Assembly (NCBI GenBank): GCA_964486215.1
Contig: CAZALI010000004.1
Span: 1-63,377 of the forward strand
Direction: 5' to 3'
DNA: 63,377 nucleotides
Source: an uncultured Muribaculaceae bacterium
Lineage (GTDB): Bacteria; Bacillota_I; Bacilli_A; RF39; UBA660
The stretch's first letter is position 1; every line of letters begins with the position of its first letter. Below the pieces are notes generated by a model. That model saw only the letters and a program-made list of their open reading frames with translations. It did not search any database and was not told where the DNA came from. Shown piece by piece: positions 21,475 through 31,264 of this stretch. The translations under genes were made by a program, and so were the position numbers.

Positions 21475-22299
21475 ATGAAAGCAAGAGAGATCACAAGAAA
21501 AATAATAGATATTGTCACAACACCAGAAATGAGAGTCCTACCAGGACAACTTGCTTTTTTTGTTGTGATGTCTCTTATACCTCTAATAGCTCTAAGTAGA
21601 ATAATCGCAACTCAGTTAGGTTTACCTCTATCTAGAATGCTATTTAGTGGTATAGTACCAAAAGATGTAGCTATAATTATTAGTAATATTGAAAGTAATT
21701 CTCAAGGAGTTACTATCAATCTAGTAGTATTCCTAATATTAGCTTTTATCTTAGCTTCTAATGGTGCTCATTCTATGATAATTACATCTAATGAAATATA
21801 TAAACTAGATTCCAGCGATTGGTTAGCTCATAGATTAAAAGCTATAGGTATGACAATTATCTTCGTAGGATTATTTATTTTTATGTTATTAGTACCTGTC
21901 TTTGGAGATACTATCTTTAATTTAATAAAAGAAAACGTAAAGAATCCTCAAGACATAGATATATTATTTAGACTATATCAAATAATTAAATATCCTATTA
22001 TGATAATAATTGTCTATTTCAATGTTAAATGGATATATATCATGGCTCCAGATATTAAAATAAAATCTAAGAGTACTACATCAGGTGCTTTATTTACTAC
22101 GATAGGATGGTTAATATCTAGTGAAATTTATTCATTATATACTACATATTTTGTTAGATATGATTTATTCTTAGGAAGTATTTCATCTTTATTAATATTA
22201 TTAATTTGGGTATATATAATGTCTTATATATTCTCACTAGGCTTAATAATAAATGCTAGCGGATCTGCTGAGCAAATTGAAAAAGAAGAGTCTAAATGA
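21475..22299 (+). CDS. YihY/BrkB-family membrane protein
   Basis: Six TM segments and the LPGQLAFFVVMSLIPLI block typical of the YihY/virulence factor BrkB family. Confidence 0.8.
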   Translation: MKAREITRKIIDIVTTPEMRVLPGQLAFFVVMSLIPLIALSRIIATQLGLPLSRMLFSGIVPKDVAIIISNIESNSQGVTINLVVFLILAFILASNGAHSMIITSNEIYKLDSSDWLAHRLKAIGMTIIFVGLFIFMLLVPVFGDTIFNLIKENVKNPQDIDILFRLYQIIKYPIMIIIVYFNVKWIYIMAPDIKIKSKSTTSGALFTTIGWLISSEIYSLYTTYFVRYDLFLGSISSLLILLIWVYIMSYIFSLGLIINASGSAEQIEKEESK

Positions 22300-22322
22300 T
22301 ATAATTTATACGAGGAATAAAA

Positions 22323-24373
22323 ATGAAAAGAATAAAACTTAAATTAAAAAGATTTATAAATAAAACTAAATCTTCTCTACGTAGAATAAAAGAAGAAGAA
22401 CTAATTAAAAAATATTTTAAAGAAAATACTTTATTTTTAGTATTCATACTTATAAATGTAATAAATTCTACTATGTTAAGACTATTTTGTATGCATACTG
22501 TAGAGAATTTATTATCATTTAGAGCTATTATAGGAGATGCTTTAGTAGTAGTATTAATAGGATCATTTGGTTACTTATTAAAACCCAAGAATAGACCATA
22601 CTATTACTTTGGATTTACTTGTTTCTTCACAGCTATATGTACTATAAATTCTATTTATTATACATTCTATACGTCTTTTGCTTCTCTTTCTATGTTAGGC
22701 TTAGTTCAGTATATAGGAGATGTAGGAGATGCCGTTGTAGAAAATGTTTTCCAATTAAAAGATGTTGTTTATATGTTTGCTCCTATAACAATGTTATTAG
22801 TAAACAGAAAATTAGCTCATAAAAACTATTTTAAAAAAGTAGAAGTAAAATCAACTAGAAAGAAGAAGATGTTAACGTCATTGGGTATAGCTGGAGTATT
22901 AGCTATTATCTTCTTCGCAACTATGACTTCAGTTGATATCTCTCGTATTGTAAAACAGTGGAATAAAGAAAATATTGTTATGAGATGGGGTATATATATC
23001 TATCAAGGTAATGATATAATTGCTTCACTTCAACCAAAAATAAATTCTATGTTTGGTTATGATAGAGCTAAAATGAATTTCGAAGAGTACTTTAAAGCAA
23101 AAGAAAAACCAAAATCTAATGAATATACTAATATCTTTAAAGGAAAAAATATCTTAGTAATACATGCTGAGAGTATGATGACTAATGCTATGAGTTTAAA
23201 GTTCAACAATAAGGAAGTAACTCCTAACTTGAATAAGCTAGCGTCTGGCGGAATGTTCTTCTCTAATTTTTATTCTCAAGTAAGTGTAGGTACTTCGTCT
23301 GACAGTGAATTAACTTCTACTACGTCATTACTCCCAACAAAATCAGGCACAGCTTTTGTTTCATATGCAGATAGAACTTACTCATCTAGTATTTCATTAT
23401 TAGATGACATGGACTATTATACATTCGCTATGCATGCCAATAATGGTACATTCTGGAATAGAAAAATGATGCATAAGTCTTTAGGCTATAAGAGATTATA
23501 TGATAAGGCTGATTATGAGGTAACTAAAGAAACAACTATTGGACTAGGTTTAAGTGATAAAGAATTCTTTAAACAATCTATTCCAAAACTACAAAAGATT
23601 AATGAGAAACATAAGAATTGGTATGGCCTTATGATTATGTTATCTAATCATACACCATTCTCTGATGTTGAAAAATATGGAGATTTTGATGTTAATATAA
23701 AAGAAACAGTCACAAATCCTGATGGAATAACAACAGAAAAAGTATATCCATATATGGAAGGTAGAAAACTAGGTAATTACTTCAAATCTCTTCACTATGC
23801 TGATGAAGCATTAGGTGAATTTATGACAGAGTTAGATGAAGCTGGATTACTAAAAGATACAGTAGTTGTTCTATATGGAGATCATGATGCTAGACTTCCA
23901 AGAAAAGATTATAATTTACTATATAATTATGATAAAGAAAAAGATGAATTATTAGATGAAAATGATCCAAACTACAAGAATATGATAATTATAAGTATGA
24001 ATTAGGTAGAAAAGTACCATTTATTATCTGGACTAAAGATATGAAAGATACAGATCTAAATAAAGAGTACAAGAATGTCATGGGTATGTATGATGTAGTC
24101 CCAACTCTAGGTAATATGTTTGGTTTCTACAATAAATACTCTTTAGGACATGATATTTTTGATATAAAGAGTAATAATATTGTTGTATTTCCAAGTGGAA
24201 ACTGGCTAACAAATAAAGTATATTATAATTCTCAAAAAGGAGAAGCATATCCACTCACAACAGAAGCTATATCTCAAGAAGAAATAATATCTAATACTGA
24301 ATATACTAATAAATTATTAGATGTATCAAATGATATTATAGTATTTGATTTACTTAAGGAGGAAAAGAAATGA
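22323..24373 (+). pseudogene. LtaS-family (lipoteichoic acid synthase-like sulfatase) gene interrupted by a frameshift
   Basis: ORF 22323..24005 carries 5 TM segments and the sulfatase core (ILVIHAESMM, VGTSSDSEL, LSNHTPF, VLYGDHD). The missing C-terminal part (..YELGRKVPFIIWTKDMKDTD...) continues in another frame, which is open from 23966 and includes ORF 24041..24373. Confidence 0.75.
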
Positions 24374-25023
24374 AATTAAAAAAGAAAGCCAAGAAACTAG
24401 TAATACTATTATTAATAATTGTTTTATTAGTAGGAGGATACTTTATCTATGATAGATTTATAGATACTAATGTAAAAGAAAGCATTACTATTGATAAGAT
24501 TCCTGGATATGGTTATAAATTAAAAGATAATAAACCATTAAAGTATATTAAAATGTTTAGAGACTTAAAGAAAATATTAACTGATAAACCAGTAGATAAA
24601 GAAGCGTATGCCAAACAAATAACTAAGATGTTTATCTTTGATTTCTATTCTTTAAAAGATAAAACTCTAAAGACAGATATAGGTGGTGTAGAATTTGTTC
24701 ATCCAGACATATTAACAAATTTTGTGGAAAATGCTGAAAACACATATTATAAGAATGTTCAAAATAATCTATATGGTAAGAGAAAACAATCTCTACCAGC
24801 AGTAGATAACGTAAAGATACAAAGTATAGAACAAGATACATATAAGTACAATAATACAGTAGATGATAAAGCATATAAAGTAAAAGCTACATGGACTTAT
24901 AATTCAGCTAAATACGATGATTATCAAAAAGAAGCTGAATTAGTAATCGTACATAAAGGCAAAAAATTATATATAGTTGAATCTATTGATCCAAATGAAG
25001 ACATAGAAAAAGAAGATGAATAA
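24370..25023 (+). CDS. Hypothetical N-terminally anchored extracytoplasmic protein
   Basis: ATGA overlap with the upstream LtaS fragment. One TM segment (LVILLLIIVLLVGGYFIY); no recognisable domain. Confidence 0.7.
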   Translation: MKLKKKAKKLVILLLIIVLLVGGYFIYDRFIDTNVKESITIDKIPGYGYKLKDNKPLKYIKMFRDLKKILTDKPVDKEAYAKQITKMFIFDFYSLKDKTLKTDIGGVEFVHPDILTNFVENAENTYYKNVQNNLYGKRKQSLPAVDNVKIQSIEQDTYKYNNTVDDKAYKVKATWTYNSAKYDDYQKEAELVIVHKGKKLYIVESIDPNEDIEKEDE

Positions 25024-25036
25024 TCTTCTTTTTTTT
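25009..25036. terminator. Bidirectional terminator between convergent genes
   Basis: Stem AAGAAGAT / ATCTTCTT flanked by an A-run and a T-run, lying between and over the stop codons of the 24370 (+) and 25035 (-) genes. Confidence 0.6.
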
Positions 25037-27023
25037 ATGGCTCAATTGGTTCATCTTTTACACAAGTATTATTAGTCCATGTTCCACCTTGTTCTTCACA
25101 TATTTCTTGCTCTGTTTTAACAGGCGTTTCTTCTTTTTGCTCTTCTTGCTTTGGTACAATAACAGGTTCAGGATTTGTCTGTTGCGTACCAGATAGGGTA
25201 AGTGTAACAGTACCAGCTCTAGATATATCTGTACCAGCTGAAACGCTTTGTCTTACAACTGTTCCACCATTACCTACAAATACAACGCTAATACCATGGT
25301 TATTAGCATATCTTCTAGCTTGATCTTCTGTGTCACCTATAAAGTTAGGAATAACACCAGCATTCTTTTTAGCTGTATCAGAATCACTCAAGTCATAAGA
25401 ACTAGCATATGGACCTTTTCCAATAACTTTCTTTTCATATGGATTATTAATAGAGAAACTAAATGTTTTAATATTCTTAGCTTTCTTTTTACCTAAATTA
25501 GTCTTCATAGCATCCATAACATCTTGTTTACTATTTAAGTTAGGTATGTAATCATATAGATTCATTCTCATTCTACTATCATAAATCATCATACCAACAC
25601 CATCTAAATATAATTGATCAATATTTATAATATCACTATCTTCAGTAATAGTACTCTTCTTCATAATATCTTTAGCTATATTATAGAAAGATAATATTTG
25701 TTTAGTAGTTAAGTTGGTATCTAGACTATTACTTATAGTATTAAGTATTTCCATAAATGTACCAACATTTTTAATTGTTTTAGTTTTATTAGCTAGGGCT
25801 CTTACTAACTCTTGTTGATGAGCAGCTCTACCAAAATCACCATCAGCAAGTTGTTTTCTATCTCTAGCAAATACTAATGCTTCTTCACCTTTTAATGTTC
25901 TTCTACCAGGTTGAATACATACTTCACCAGTTCTACTAGAGTTATCAGTACATAACTGTTTAGGAACATCAACTTCAACTCCTCCAACAGCATCTACTAA
26001 TTTAACTAAACCTTTAAAGTTAATCTTAGCATAATAATCAATATTTATATCAAAGTATTCTTCTATAGTATTAATCATACAATCAGTACCATATCCAGCA
26101 GCATGTGTAATCTTATTTTTCTCTTTACCAGGCCAGCAAGCAATAGGTACATAAGAATCTCTAGGTATAGATAACATAGTAGCATTAAGTGTCTTAGGAT
26201 TAAACGTTAATAATATTAATGTATCTCCATTCGCAATAGCATTCTTATCTAATTTCTCAGCTGTAGAATCAATACCCATAAGTAACATTGTGAATGGTTC
26301 TTTAATAGATTTACCAGATGATTCAGTCTCACTCTTAGAAGTAGAAGACTTTAATAATTTCTTGCTCTTAGATACGATTATTCTTGTATCATCTTCAATA
26401 CTTTCAAACATAGGTATAGTATTAAACATATCTTTATAATTATCAGGTAAGAATGCTGCATCTATCTTTTCATCATATAAATCAGCAATTATAGATGTAT
26501 AATCATCATACTTAACAAGTTTATTATTATCATCTAAATCATGTTCTTTAATAATCTCTTTAGGAATAATATATCCATCAGGAGACTTTTTATTATTTAA
26601 TATAGCTATATCATAATCTTTAATATCATCAATGTCTTTAGCTTCATTCTTACTTAGTACTATTAAATCACTAGTATAAGTAACATATTTCTTATTTATA
26701 CCACTAATAAGACTATATCCATAGAATATTCCAATAGATAGAGCTATAGACATAATAGAGTATAGTATTAAGAATACGATATATAATCTTCTTTTCTTTT
26801 TATTTTTATGTTTCTTAATCTTACTACAAATTTTCTTAGTATAAAAAACACATAGTAAAGAAATAAATGCCAGTACTCCAATAACTATATATCTAATAGT
26901 ATTTTCTATATCACTAAGTAAATATATCTCATACATAGCATATAAACTACATACAACAGCAAATACTGTTAATATCTTTAACAGTAATGACAATGATTTT
27001 TTATTATAACTTTCTTTTCCCAT
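25035..27023 (-). CDS. LytR-CpsA-Psr (LCP) family glycopolymer ligase with C-terminal PASTA domain
   Basis: N-terminal TM segments and the LCP core (FTMLLMGIDS, LSIPRDSYVPI, KINFKGLVKLVDAVGGVEVDV, GEEALVFARDR). A C-terminal PASTA-like module follows (IPNFIGDTEDQARRYANNHGISVVFVGNGGTVVRQSVSAGTDISRAGTVTLTLSG). Start set at ATG 27023 after GGAGG. Confidence 0.85.
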   Translation of the reverse strand: MGKESYNKKSLSLLLKILTVFAVVCSLYAMYEIYLLSDIENTIRYIVIGVLAFISLLCVFYTKKICSKIKKHKNKKKRRLYIVFLILYSIMSIALSIGIFYGYSLISGINKKYVTYTSDLIVLSKNEAKDIDDIKDYDIAILNNKKSPDGYIIPKEIIKEHDLDDNNKLVKYDDYTSIIADLYDEKIDAAFLPDNYKDMFNTIPMFESIEDDTRIIVSKSKKLLKSSTSKSETESSGKSIKEPFTMLLMGIDSTAEKLDKNAIANGDTLILLTFNPKTLNATMLSIPRDSYVPIACWPGKEKNKITHAAGYGTDCMINTIEEYFDINIDYYAKINFKGLVKLVDAVGGVEVDVPKQLCTDNSSRTGEVCIQPGRRTLKGEEALVFARDRKQLADGDFGRAAHQQELVRALANKTKTIKNVGTFMEILNTISNSLDTNLTTKQILSFYNIAKDIMKKSTITEDSDIINIDQLYLDGVGMMIYDSRMRMNLYDYIPNLNSKQDVMDAMKTNLGKKKAKNIKTFSFSINNPYEKKVIGKGPYASSYDLSDSDTAKKNAGVIPNFIGDTEDQARRYANNHGISVVFVGNGGTVVRQSVSAGTDISRAGTVTLTLSGTQQTNPEPVIVPKQEEQKEETPVKTEQEICEEQGGTWTNNTCVKDEPIEP

Positions 27024-27181
27024 TAATATTCCTCCATGCAAACATATATATTATATCAAAATAATCTCTTATTATCAAAATTAGTATAGTTATATTATAA
27101 ATGATTATCTAATAAATTAGAATGAACAAGTGCTAATTATTAAGTATTTACAGTAAAACAAGTAAAGAAAAAGAACTATCA

Positions 27182-27283
27182 CTAGTCCACTCTAGCTAAT
27201 TGAATAGCTCCATAGCTAGCTATATCATTAATATCACATGTAACATCATCTTTAATATTCATCTGACAATTAGGACATATCAT
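27182..27283 (-). CDS. Possible 33-aa small protein (MICPNCQMNIKDDVTCDINDIASYGAIQLARVD)
   Basis: Not in the ORF track because it is too short. ATG preceded by GGTGGTGA. CxxC plus one further Cys. Same strand as the LCP gene and 158 nt upstream of it. No other support. Confidence 0.25.
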   Translation of the reverse strand: MICPNCQMNIKDDVTCDINDIASYGAIQLARVD

Positions 27284-27354
27284 ATTATCACCACCATAAT
27301 CGTAACAGAATTCAAATTATATGAAAAGCATCTTTGTAAATATATAAATTACTA

Positions 27355-27371
27355 CGTAAAATAAATGTAAA
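27355..27371 (+). promoter_or_regulatory. WalR-like direct repeat (CGTAAA-N5-TGTAAA)
   Basis: One mismatch to the WalR/YycF consensus TGTWAH-N5-TGTWAH. It lies about 46 to 62 nt upstream of the autolysin -10 element. Further TGTAAA hexamers sit at 27335 and 27397. Confidence 0.3.
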
Positions 27372-27416
27372 AGTACATAAATTTACACAAACTAAATGTA
27401 AATTTGCATATATAAT

Positions 27417-27425
27417 TGATATAAT
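27417..27425 (+). promoter_or_regulatory. Extended -10 promoter (TGATATAAT) of the GH73 autolysin gene
   Basis: Exact 9-mer, 27 nt upstream of the GTG start and its AGGAGG SD. Confidence 0.5.
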
Positions 27426-27451
27426 ATAATTGACAATAAGGAGGTGTTAGT

Positions 27452-30400
27452 GTGAAGAAACTATTATTAATAGCTATTTTAATTATGTCTATAACTATTA
27501 ATGTCAAGGCAACTTCTGAAACTAACTACTCCTCAAGAAGTGTATGTTCTACTTTTGAAGTAGCAGATGCGACTAGTAGTGGAGGACTTACTAAAGTTAA
27601 TTGTTATACTGACTTTAATACTGCGAAGAATGCCGTTAAAGCTACTACAAATACTAATAGAGTAATACTTACTAAAGTTGGAAGTAAGACAAGAATAATA
27701 TATGCCAACTACGGAATAGTTGACTTTAGTTATAATCCAGCTCGTACATCAAATCTTTATGAAGCAAGTAGTCTAGATACTAGACAGTATACATATCTCG
27801 ATACACTAGACACTTCTATGGCTACTGATGGAGCTTTCATTGACACTGCTTATTCTTCTAGTAAAAAAGTTTACGCTGCTAAAGTAAAGTTCTCAGGCTT
27901 TACAGGATGGATTAATACTAATGAAATAGAAATAGTTCCTCTAACCTGGGTAAAACAAACATCTTACTATACAATTAATTCTGATATAGTACATAACTTT
28001 GTAAATAGACCTCAAATGTCTCCTAGTGGATCATCATCTAGAACTATTGGACCTAAACCTACAATGTTAAGTACTGGAACATATTATTCTTATGATGGAC
28101 ATTATTTCTATACTAATAGAACTAATATGTTAAAAGACTATAAAGCTGGTAATTATAATAATTCTGTTAATAAATCTAATCCATATTATAACTACTATAT
28201 GTATTTATCTAATCATACTAAAACTAATTATTCATCAATTAATATTGATGAGTATATTAGAAATGTTTTAGGTTATACTATGGATGCTTATGGTAAGAAA
28301 GCAGAGTCTAAAACATCTAGACTATATGGAAACGGACAATTTTTCTATAATGCTCAACAACTACATGGAGCTAATGCATTACTTGCCTTAAGTTTAAGTA
28401 GAAATGAAACAGGAAATGGTACAAGTAAATTAGCTGTTCAAAAGAATAATGGTTTTGGACTTAATGCTGTAGACTCTAATCCATATGAAGAAGCAGATTG
28501 GTATGCAAGCTTCCCATCATCTATAATGGGTTTTGCATCACACTGGATTACAGATTTATATGCGAATGCTACTAAATGGCATTACTTTGGTCCACAATAT
28601 GGTAATAAAGCTATAGGTATGAATGTTAAGTATGCATCAGATATTTATTGGTCTGAAAAAATGGCTTCATTCTATTATGCTTTTGATAAATATAATGGGC
28701 TTCAAGATTATAACTATTATCAATTAGGTATAATTAAATCTCCAGTTGCCGCTAGAAGTGCTGCTAAAACTTCAGCTAAAAAGATTTATGACTATCCAGA
28801 ATATGAAGATGCAGTTGTAATAGTAGGCGAGGTAGCAGGAGAAAGTGTAGGAGGATCAACTACATGGTATAAAGTAATGAGTGATGTAAATATAGACTCT
28901 AACTATAATGCTAAATCTGGTAATTATAATTGGACTACTTATGTCTATGTACCTGCATCCTACATTCAAAAAATAAATACACCAATCTCTGGTTATAAAG
29001 CACCTAATAGTGTACCTACATATAAAGATAGTAATTATACATATGATCTATTAGTAGAAAATACTAATTTAAAACCAAGAGTTGCTAAAAGTATAAAAGA
29101 TACACCTTTCTACTATAATTCAACTCTTCAAACTAAAACAGGTAAGACATTAAAGAATAATAGATATGTTATGGTATATGCTATAGCTAAAGAAGGAAGT
29201 ACTATTAAATCATACTTAGTCACAAGTGATTACTTTAAAGATCAAAAACACTGGATAAATGCTGATGCTATTACTTTTGTAACATCTGAGTATGGTAAAG
29301 AAACAGTCACTACTGAAGCAAATGCTTATTCTTGGGTTAACTATAATACTGAAGATGTTGCTTCTACTAAGATATCTGGTAAATATACAAATTCTTATTT
29401 CCCAATTTTAGGTACTACAAAAGTAGGATCAAATACATGGTATAAAGTACCAGTAGATATAAATGGTACAGAAAGAGAATTTGGTTACACACTAGCTTCT
29501 GCTCCAGATGTAAGCATAACTAAATATAAGTATACTGCTTCTAATAATCCACCAGTAATAAATGCATCTAATAAAGAAATAAAAGTAAATACTGAATTTG
29601 ATCCAATGAATGGAGTAACCGCAACAGACGTAGAAGATAAAGATATAACAAATAAAATAACTTATACATCAACAGTTAATAATAAAGTAGTAGGTACTTA
29701 TAAAGTAACTTATAAAGTAACAGATTCTGGTAATCTAACCACTACTAAAGAGATAACTGTAAAAGTATTATCTAATGATAAACCAGTAATAAATGCTACT
29801 GATATTACTATTAGACAAAACTCTTCATTTGATCCAAAAGCTTATGCTACTGCTTATGATACAGAAGATAAAGACATTACAAATAAAATAATAGTAAAAG
29901 AAAATACTGTTAATACTAAAGTAGTAGGAGAATATACTGTAGTATATGAAGTAACTGATAGTGATAAAAATACTACTACTAAAGAAGTTAAAGTAACAGT
30001 AAGAGAAGTACCACATACTGATATTGAAAATGTAAATTTAGATGATTATGATGAAAGAGATGGAGAATTCTATCTAGAATCTCTAACTTGGAATAATAAT
30101 ACCAAGAAATTTACTATTAGTGGTTACTTAATAGTATTAAATGTTAATAATATTGATAAACAATATGCCTTAGTATTAAAAGATAAGAATAGTGATAAAT
30201 CATATAATATAGAAATAGATAGTTGGTTAGATAATACTCCATATGACTTAGGTAGTGAAAATGGTAAATCATATACTGAGTCATGGTTTAAAGGAGAAAT
30301 AGACTTAGATATTACAAATGGAGATTATGACTTATATATGTTAGGTATAAGTGATTATGATTATACTCTACAAGAAGTAAATAACTTCTTCAATAAGAAT

Positions 30401-30958
30401 ATTGCTCGTCGTGGAGAAGATAATAATCATGGTTATAACTTTAAAGTACAACAGAGAAGTAGAACTAAATCTATTGAATTATCTATAAGAGATGAACTAT
30501 ACACAACAAGTACAGCACCTACAAGTAGAAATATGGTAAATGGTTACGATGAAATAAGCTTTAAAAACAATAAATTATACATGTATGCATATTCATATGA
30601 CTTTGATGTAGCTTATAATAATAACTTAGCTATCACAAGAAAAGTAATCTTTGAAAATACTACTACGTATGAACAAAGAGTATTTGATGTAGGATGTACA
30701 AGAGGACCATTTACTCTAGAAACTCTAGATAATAAAGATAAGACCTATGCATGGTATGAAAAAGAGCTAGATATATCAAATCTACCAATAGGTAATTACA
30801 ATGTACTAGTTTATACAAAGACAGCAAATGCCGCTAACTACGATGAATTAATTGATCTATCTAAACGTCTAAATAAAGAGACAACAATAGATGATAAGTC
30901 GTATAAAATAGCTGTTAATAAAGAAAGAAATAATAGAGTAGAGCTTACTATTAAGTAA
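27452..30958 (+). CDS. Secreted multidomain peptidoglycan hydrolase (GH73 N-acetylglucosaminidase, SH3-like region, 2 Ig-like domains, unassigned C-terminal module)
   Basis: Signal peptide. GH73 block YNAQQLHGANALLALSLSRNETGNGTS...NNGFGLNAVDS with the catalytic Glu context. Two 78-aa Ig-like repeats (PVINA...DxEDKDITNKI...VGxYxVxYxVTDS). GTG start preceded by AGGAGG. Confidence 0.85.
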   Translation: MKKLLLIAILIMSITINVKATSETNYSSRSVCSTFEVADATSSGGLTKVNCYTDFNTAKNAVKATTNTNRVILTKVGSKTRIIYANYGIVDFSYNPARTSNLYEASSLDTRQYTYLDTLDTSMATDGAFIDTAYSSSKKVYAAKVKFSGFTGWINTNEIEIVPLTWVKQTSYYTINSDIVHNFVNRPQMSPSGSSSRTIGPKPTMLSTGTYYSYDGHYFYTNRTNMLKDYKAGNYNNSVNKSNPYYNYYMYLSNHTKTNYSSINIDEYIRNVLGYTMDAYGKKAESKTSRLYGNGQFFYNAQQLHGANALLALSLSRNETGNGTSKLAVQKNNGFGLNAVDSNPYEEADWYASFPSSIMGFASHWITDLYANATKWHYFGPQYGNKAIGMNVKYASDIYWSEKMASFYYAFDKYNGLQDYNYYQLGIIKSPVAARSAAKTSAKKIYDYPEYEDAVVIVGEVAGESVGGSTTWYKVMSDVNIDSNYNAKSGNYNWTTYVYVPASYIQKINTPISGYKAPNSVPTYKDSNYTYDLLVENTNLKPRVAKSIKDTPFYYNSTLQTKTGKTLKNNRYVMVYAIAKEGSTIKSYLVTSDYFKDQKHWINADAITFVTSEYGKETVTTEANAYSWVNYNTEDVASTKISGKYTNSYFPILGTTKVGSNTWYKVPVDINGTEREFGYTLASAPDVSITKYKYTASNNPPVINASNKEIKVNTEFDPMNGVTATDVEDKDITNKITYTSTVNNKVVGTYKVTYKVTDSGNLTTTKEITVKVLSNDKPVINATDITIRQNSSFDPKAYATAYDTEDKDITNKIIVKENTVNTKVVGEYTVVYEVTDSDKNTTTKEVKVTVREVPHTDIENVNLDDYDERDGEFYLESLTWNNNTKKFTISGYLIVLNVNNIDKQYALVLKDKNSDKSYNIEIDSWLDNTPYDLGSENGKSYTESWFKGEIDLDITNGDYDLYMLGISDYDYTLQEVNNFFNKNIARRGEDNNHGYNFKVQQRSRTKSIELSIRDELYTTSTAPTSRNMVNGYDEISFKNNKLYMYAYSYDFDVAYNNNLAITRKVIFENTTTYEQRVFDVGCTRGPFTLETLDNKDKTYAWYEKELDISNLPIGNYNVLVYTKTANAANYDELIDLSKRLNKETTIDDKSYKIAVNKERNNRVELTIK
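29549..30006 (+). repeat. Two tandem 234-nt coding repeats (Ig-like domains) inside the autolysin
   Basis: PPVINASNKEIKVNTEFDP...TKEITVKV and KPVINATDITIRQNSSFDP...TKEVKVTV; they are divergent at the DNA level. Confidence 0.8.
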
Positions 30959-30970
30959 GCTCTTTTTATT
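30940..30970 (+). terminator. Rho-independent terminator of the autolysin gene
   Basis: 10-bp perfect stem AGAGCTTACT / AGTAAGCTCT with loop ATTA, then TTTTT; overlaps the stop codon. Confidence 0.8.
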
Positions 30971-30994
30971 TGTTGAAATAATTAATAAAAGTAA

Positions 30995-31023
30995 TTGATT
31001 TTAAAACTATAGTTTGATAACAT
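30995..31023 (+). promoter_or_regulatory. Candidate promoter of the small hydrophobic peptide gene
   Basis: TTGATT (-35), a 17-bp spacer ending in TGA, and TAACAT (-10), that is TGnTAACAT. Predicted 5' UTR of about 60 nt. Confidence 0.4.
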
Positions 31024-31054
31024 AAACATTTGAACATTTAACTGTTGGGTGTCT

Positions 31055-31080
31055 ACCTCCTAAGTAAAAAGAGAGGAGGT
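31055..31080 (+). promoter_or_regulatory. 5' UTR hairpin sequestering the Shine-Dalgarno sequence
   Basis: ACCTCCT (31055..31061) is perfectly complementary to AGGAGGT (31074..31080), with a 12-nt loop. AGGAGGT is the SD, 8 nt upstream of ATG 31089. Confidence 0.5.
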
Positions 31081-31088
31081 TTGAGTAT

Positions 31089-31181
31089 ATGAAAAAACGC
31101 GAATATAGAATAAATATTCTCCGTTACTTATCACTCATTTTACTACTCATTACCTTACTGGTTTTAGTAATAAAAAAATGA
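31089..31181 (+). CDS. 30-aa hydrophobic peptide MKKREYRINILRYLSLILLLITLLVLVIKK (type I toxin-like)
   Basis: Not in the ORF track because it is too short. Strong GGAGG SD, a single TM helix with charged ends, and an isolated position between convergent genes. Confidence 0.45.
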   Translation: MKKREYRINILRYLSLILLLITLLVLVIKK

Positions 31182-31264
31182 CACTTAATTTCATAAGAAA
31201 TTAAATGTCTATCCAAAAAATCAGGTAGGCATTCAACAATAAGTTGAATGTTCCCACTAATTAA

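Noticed and set aside
22619-22822. Same-strand, out-of-frame 67-aa Cys/Arg-rich ORF inside the LtaS-family gene
   Set aside because: It is embedded in the TM region of the LtaS-family ORF, has no SD and has an implausible composition.
23966-24005. Programmed ribosomal frameshift in the LtaS-family gene
   Set aside because: No X-XXY-YYZ slippery heptamer or downstream structure is visible in the overlap. An indel or sequencing error is the simpler explanation, although the sequence alone cannot distinguish the two.
24041-24373. ORF 24041..24373 as an independent 110-aa gene
   Set aside because: Its frame is open upstream to 23966 and reads through ...YELGRKVPFIIWTKD..., the expected continuation of the LtaS sulfatase domain. 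It has no SD of its own. It is treated as the 3' part of a frameshifted gene.
31228-31252. Hairpin GGCATTCAAC-AATAA-GTTGAATGTT as a canonical terminator for the PASTA gene
   Set aside because: On the minus strand the stem shrinks to 8 bp and the T-run starts about 8 nt after it. On the plus strand there is no T-run. It is kept only as a possible structural element of the putative antisense RNA.
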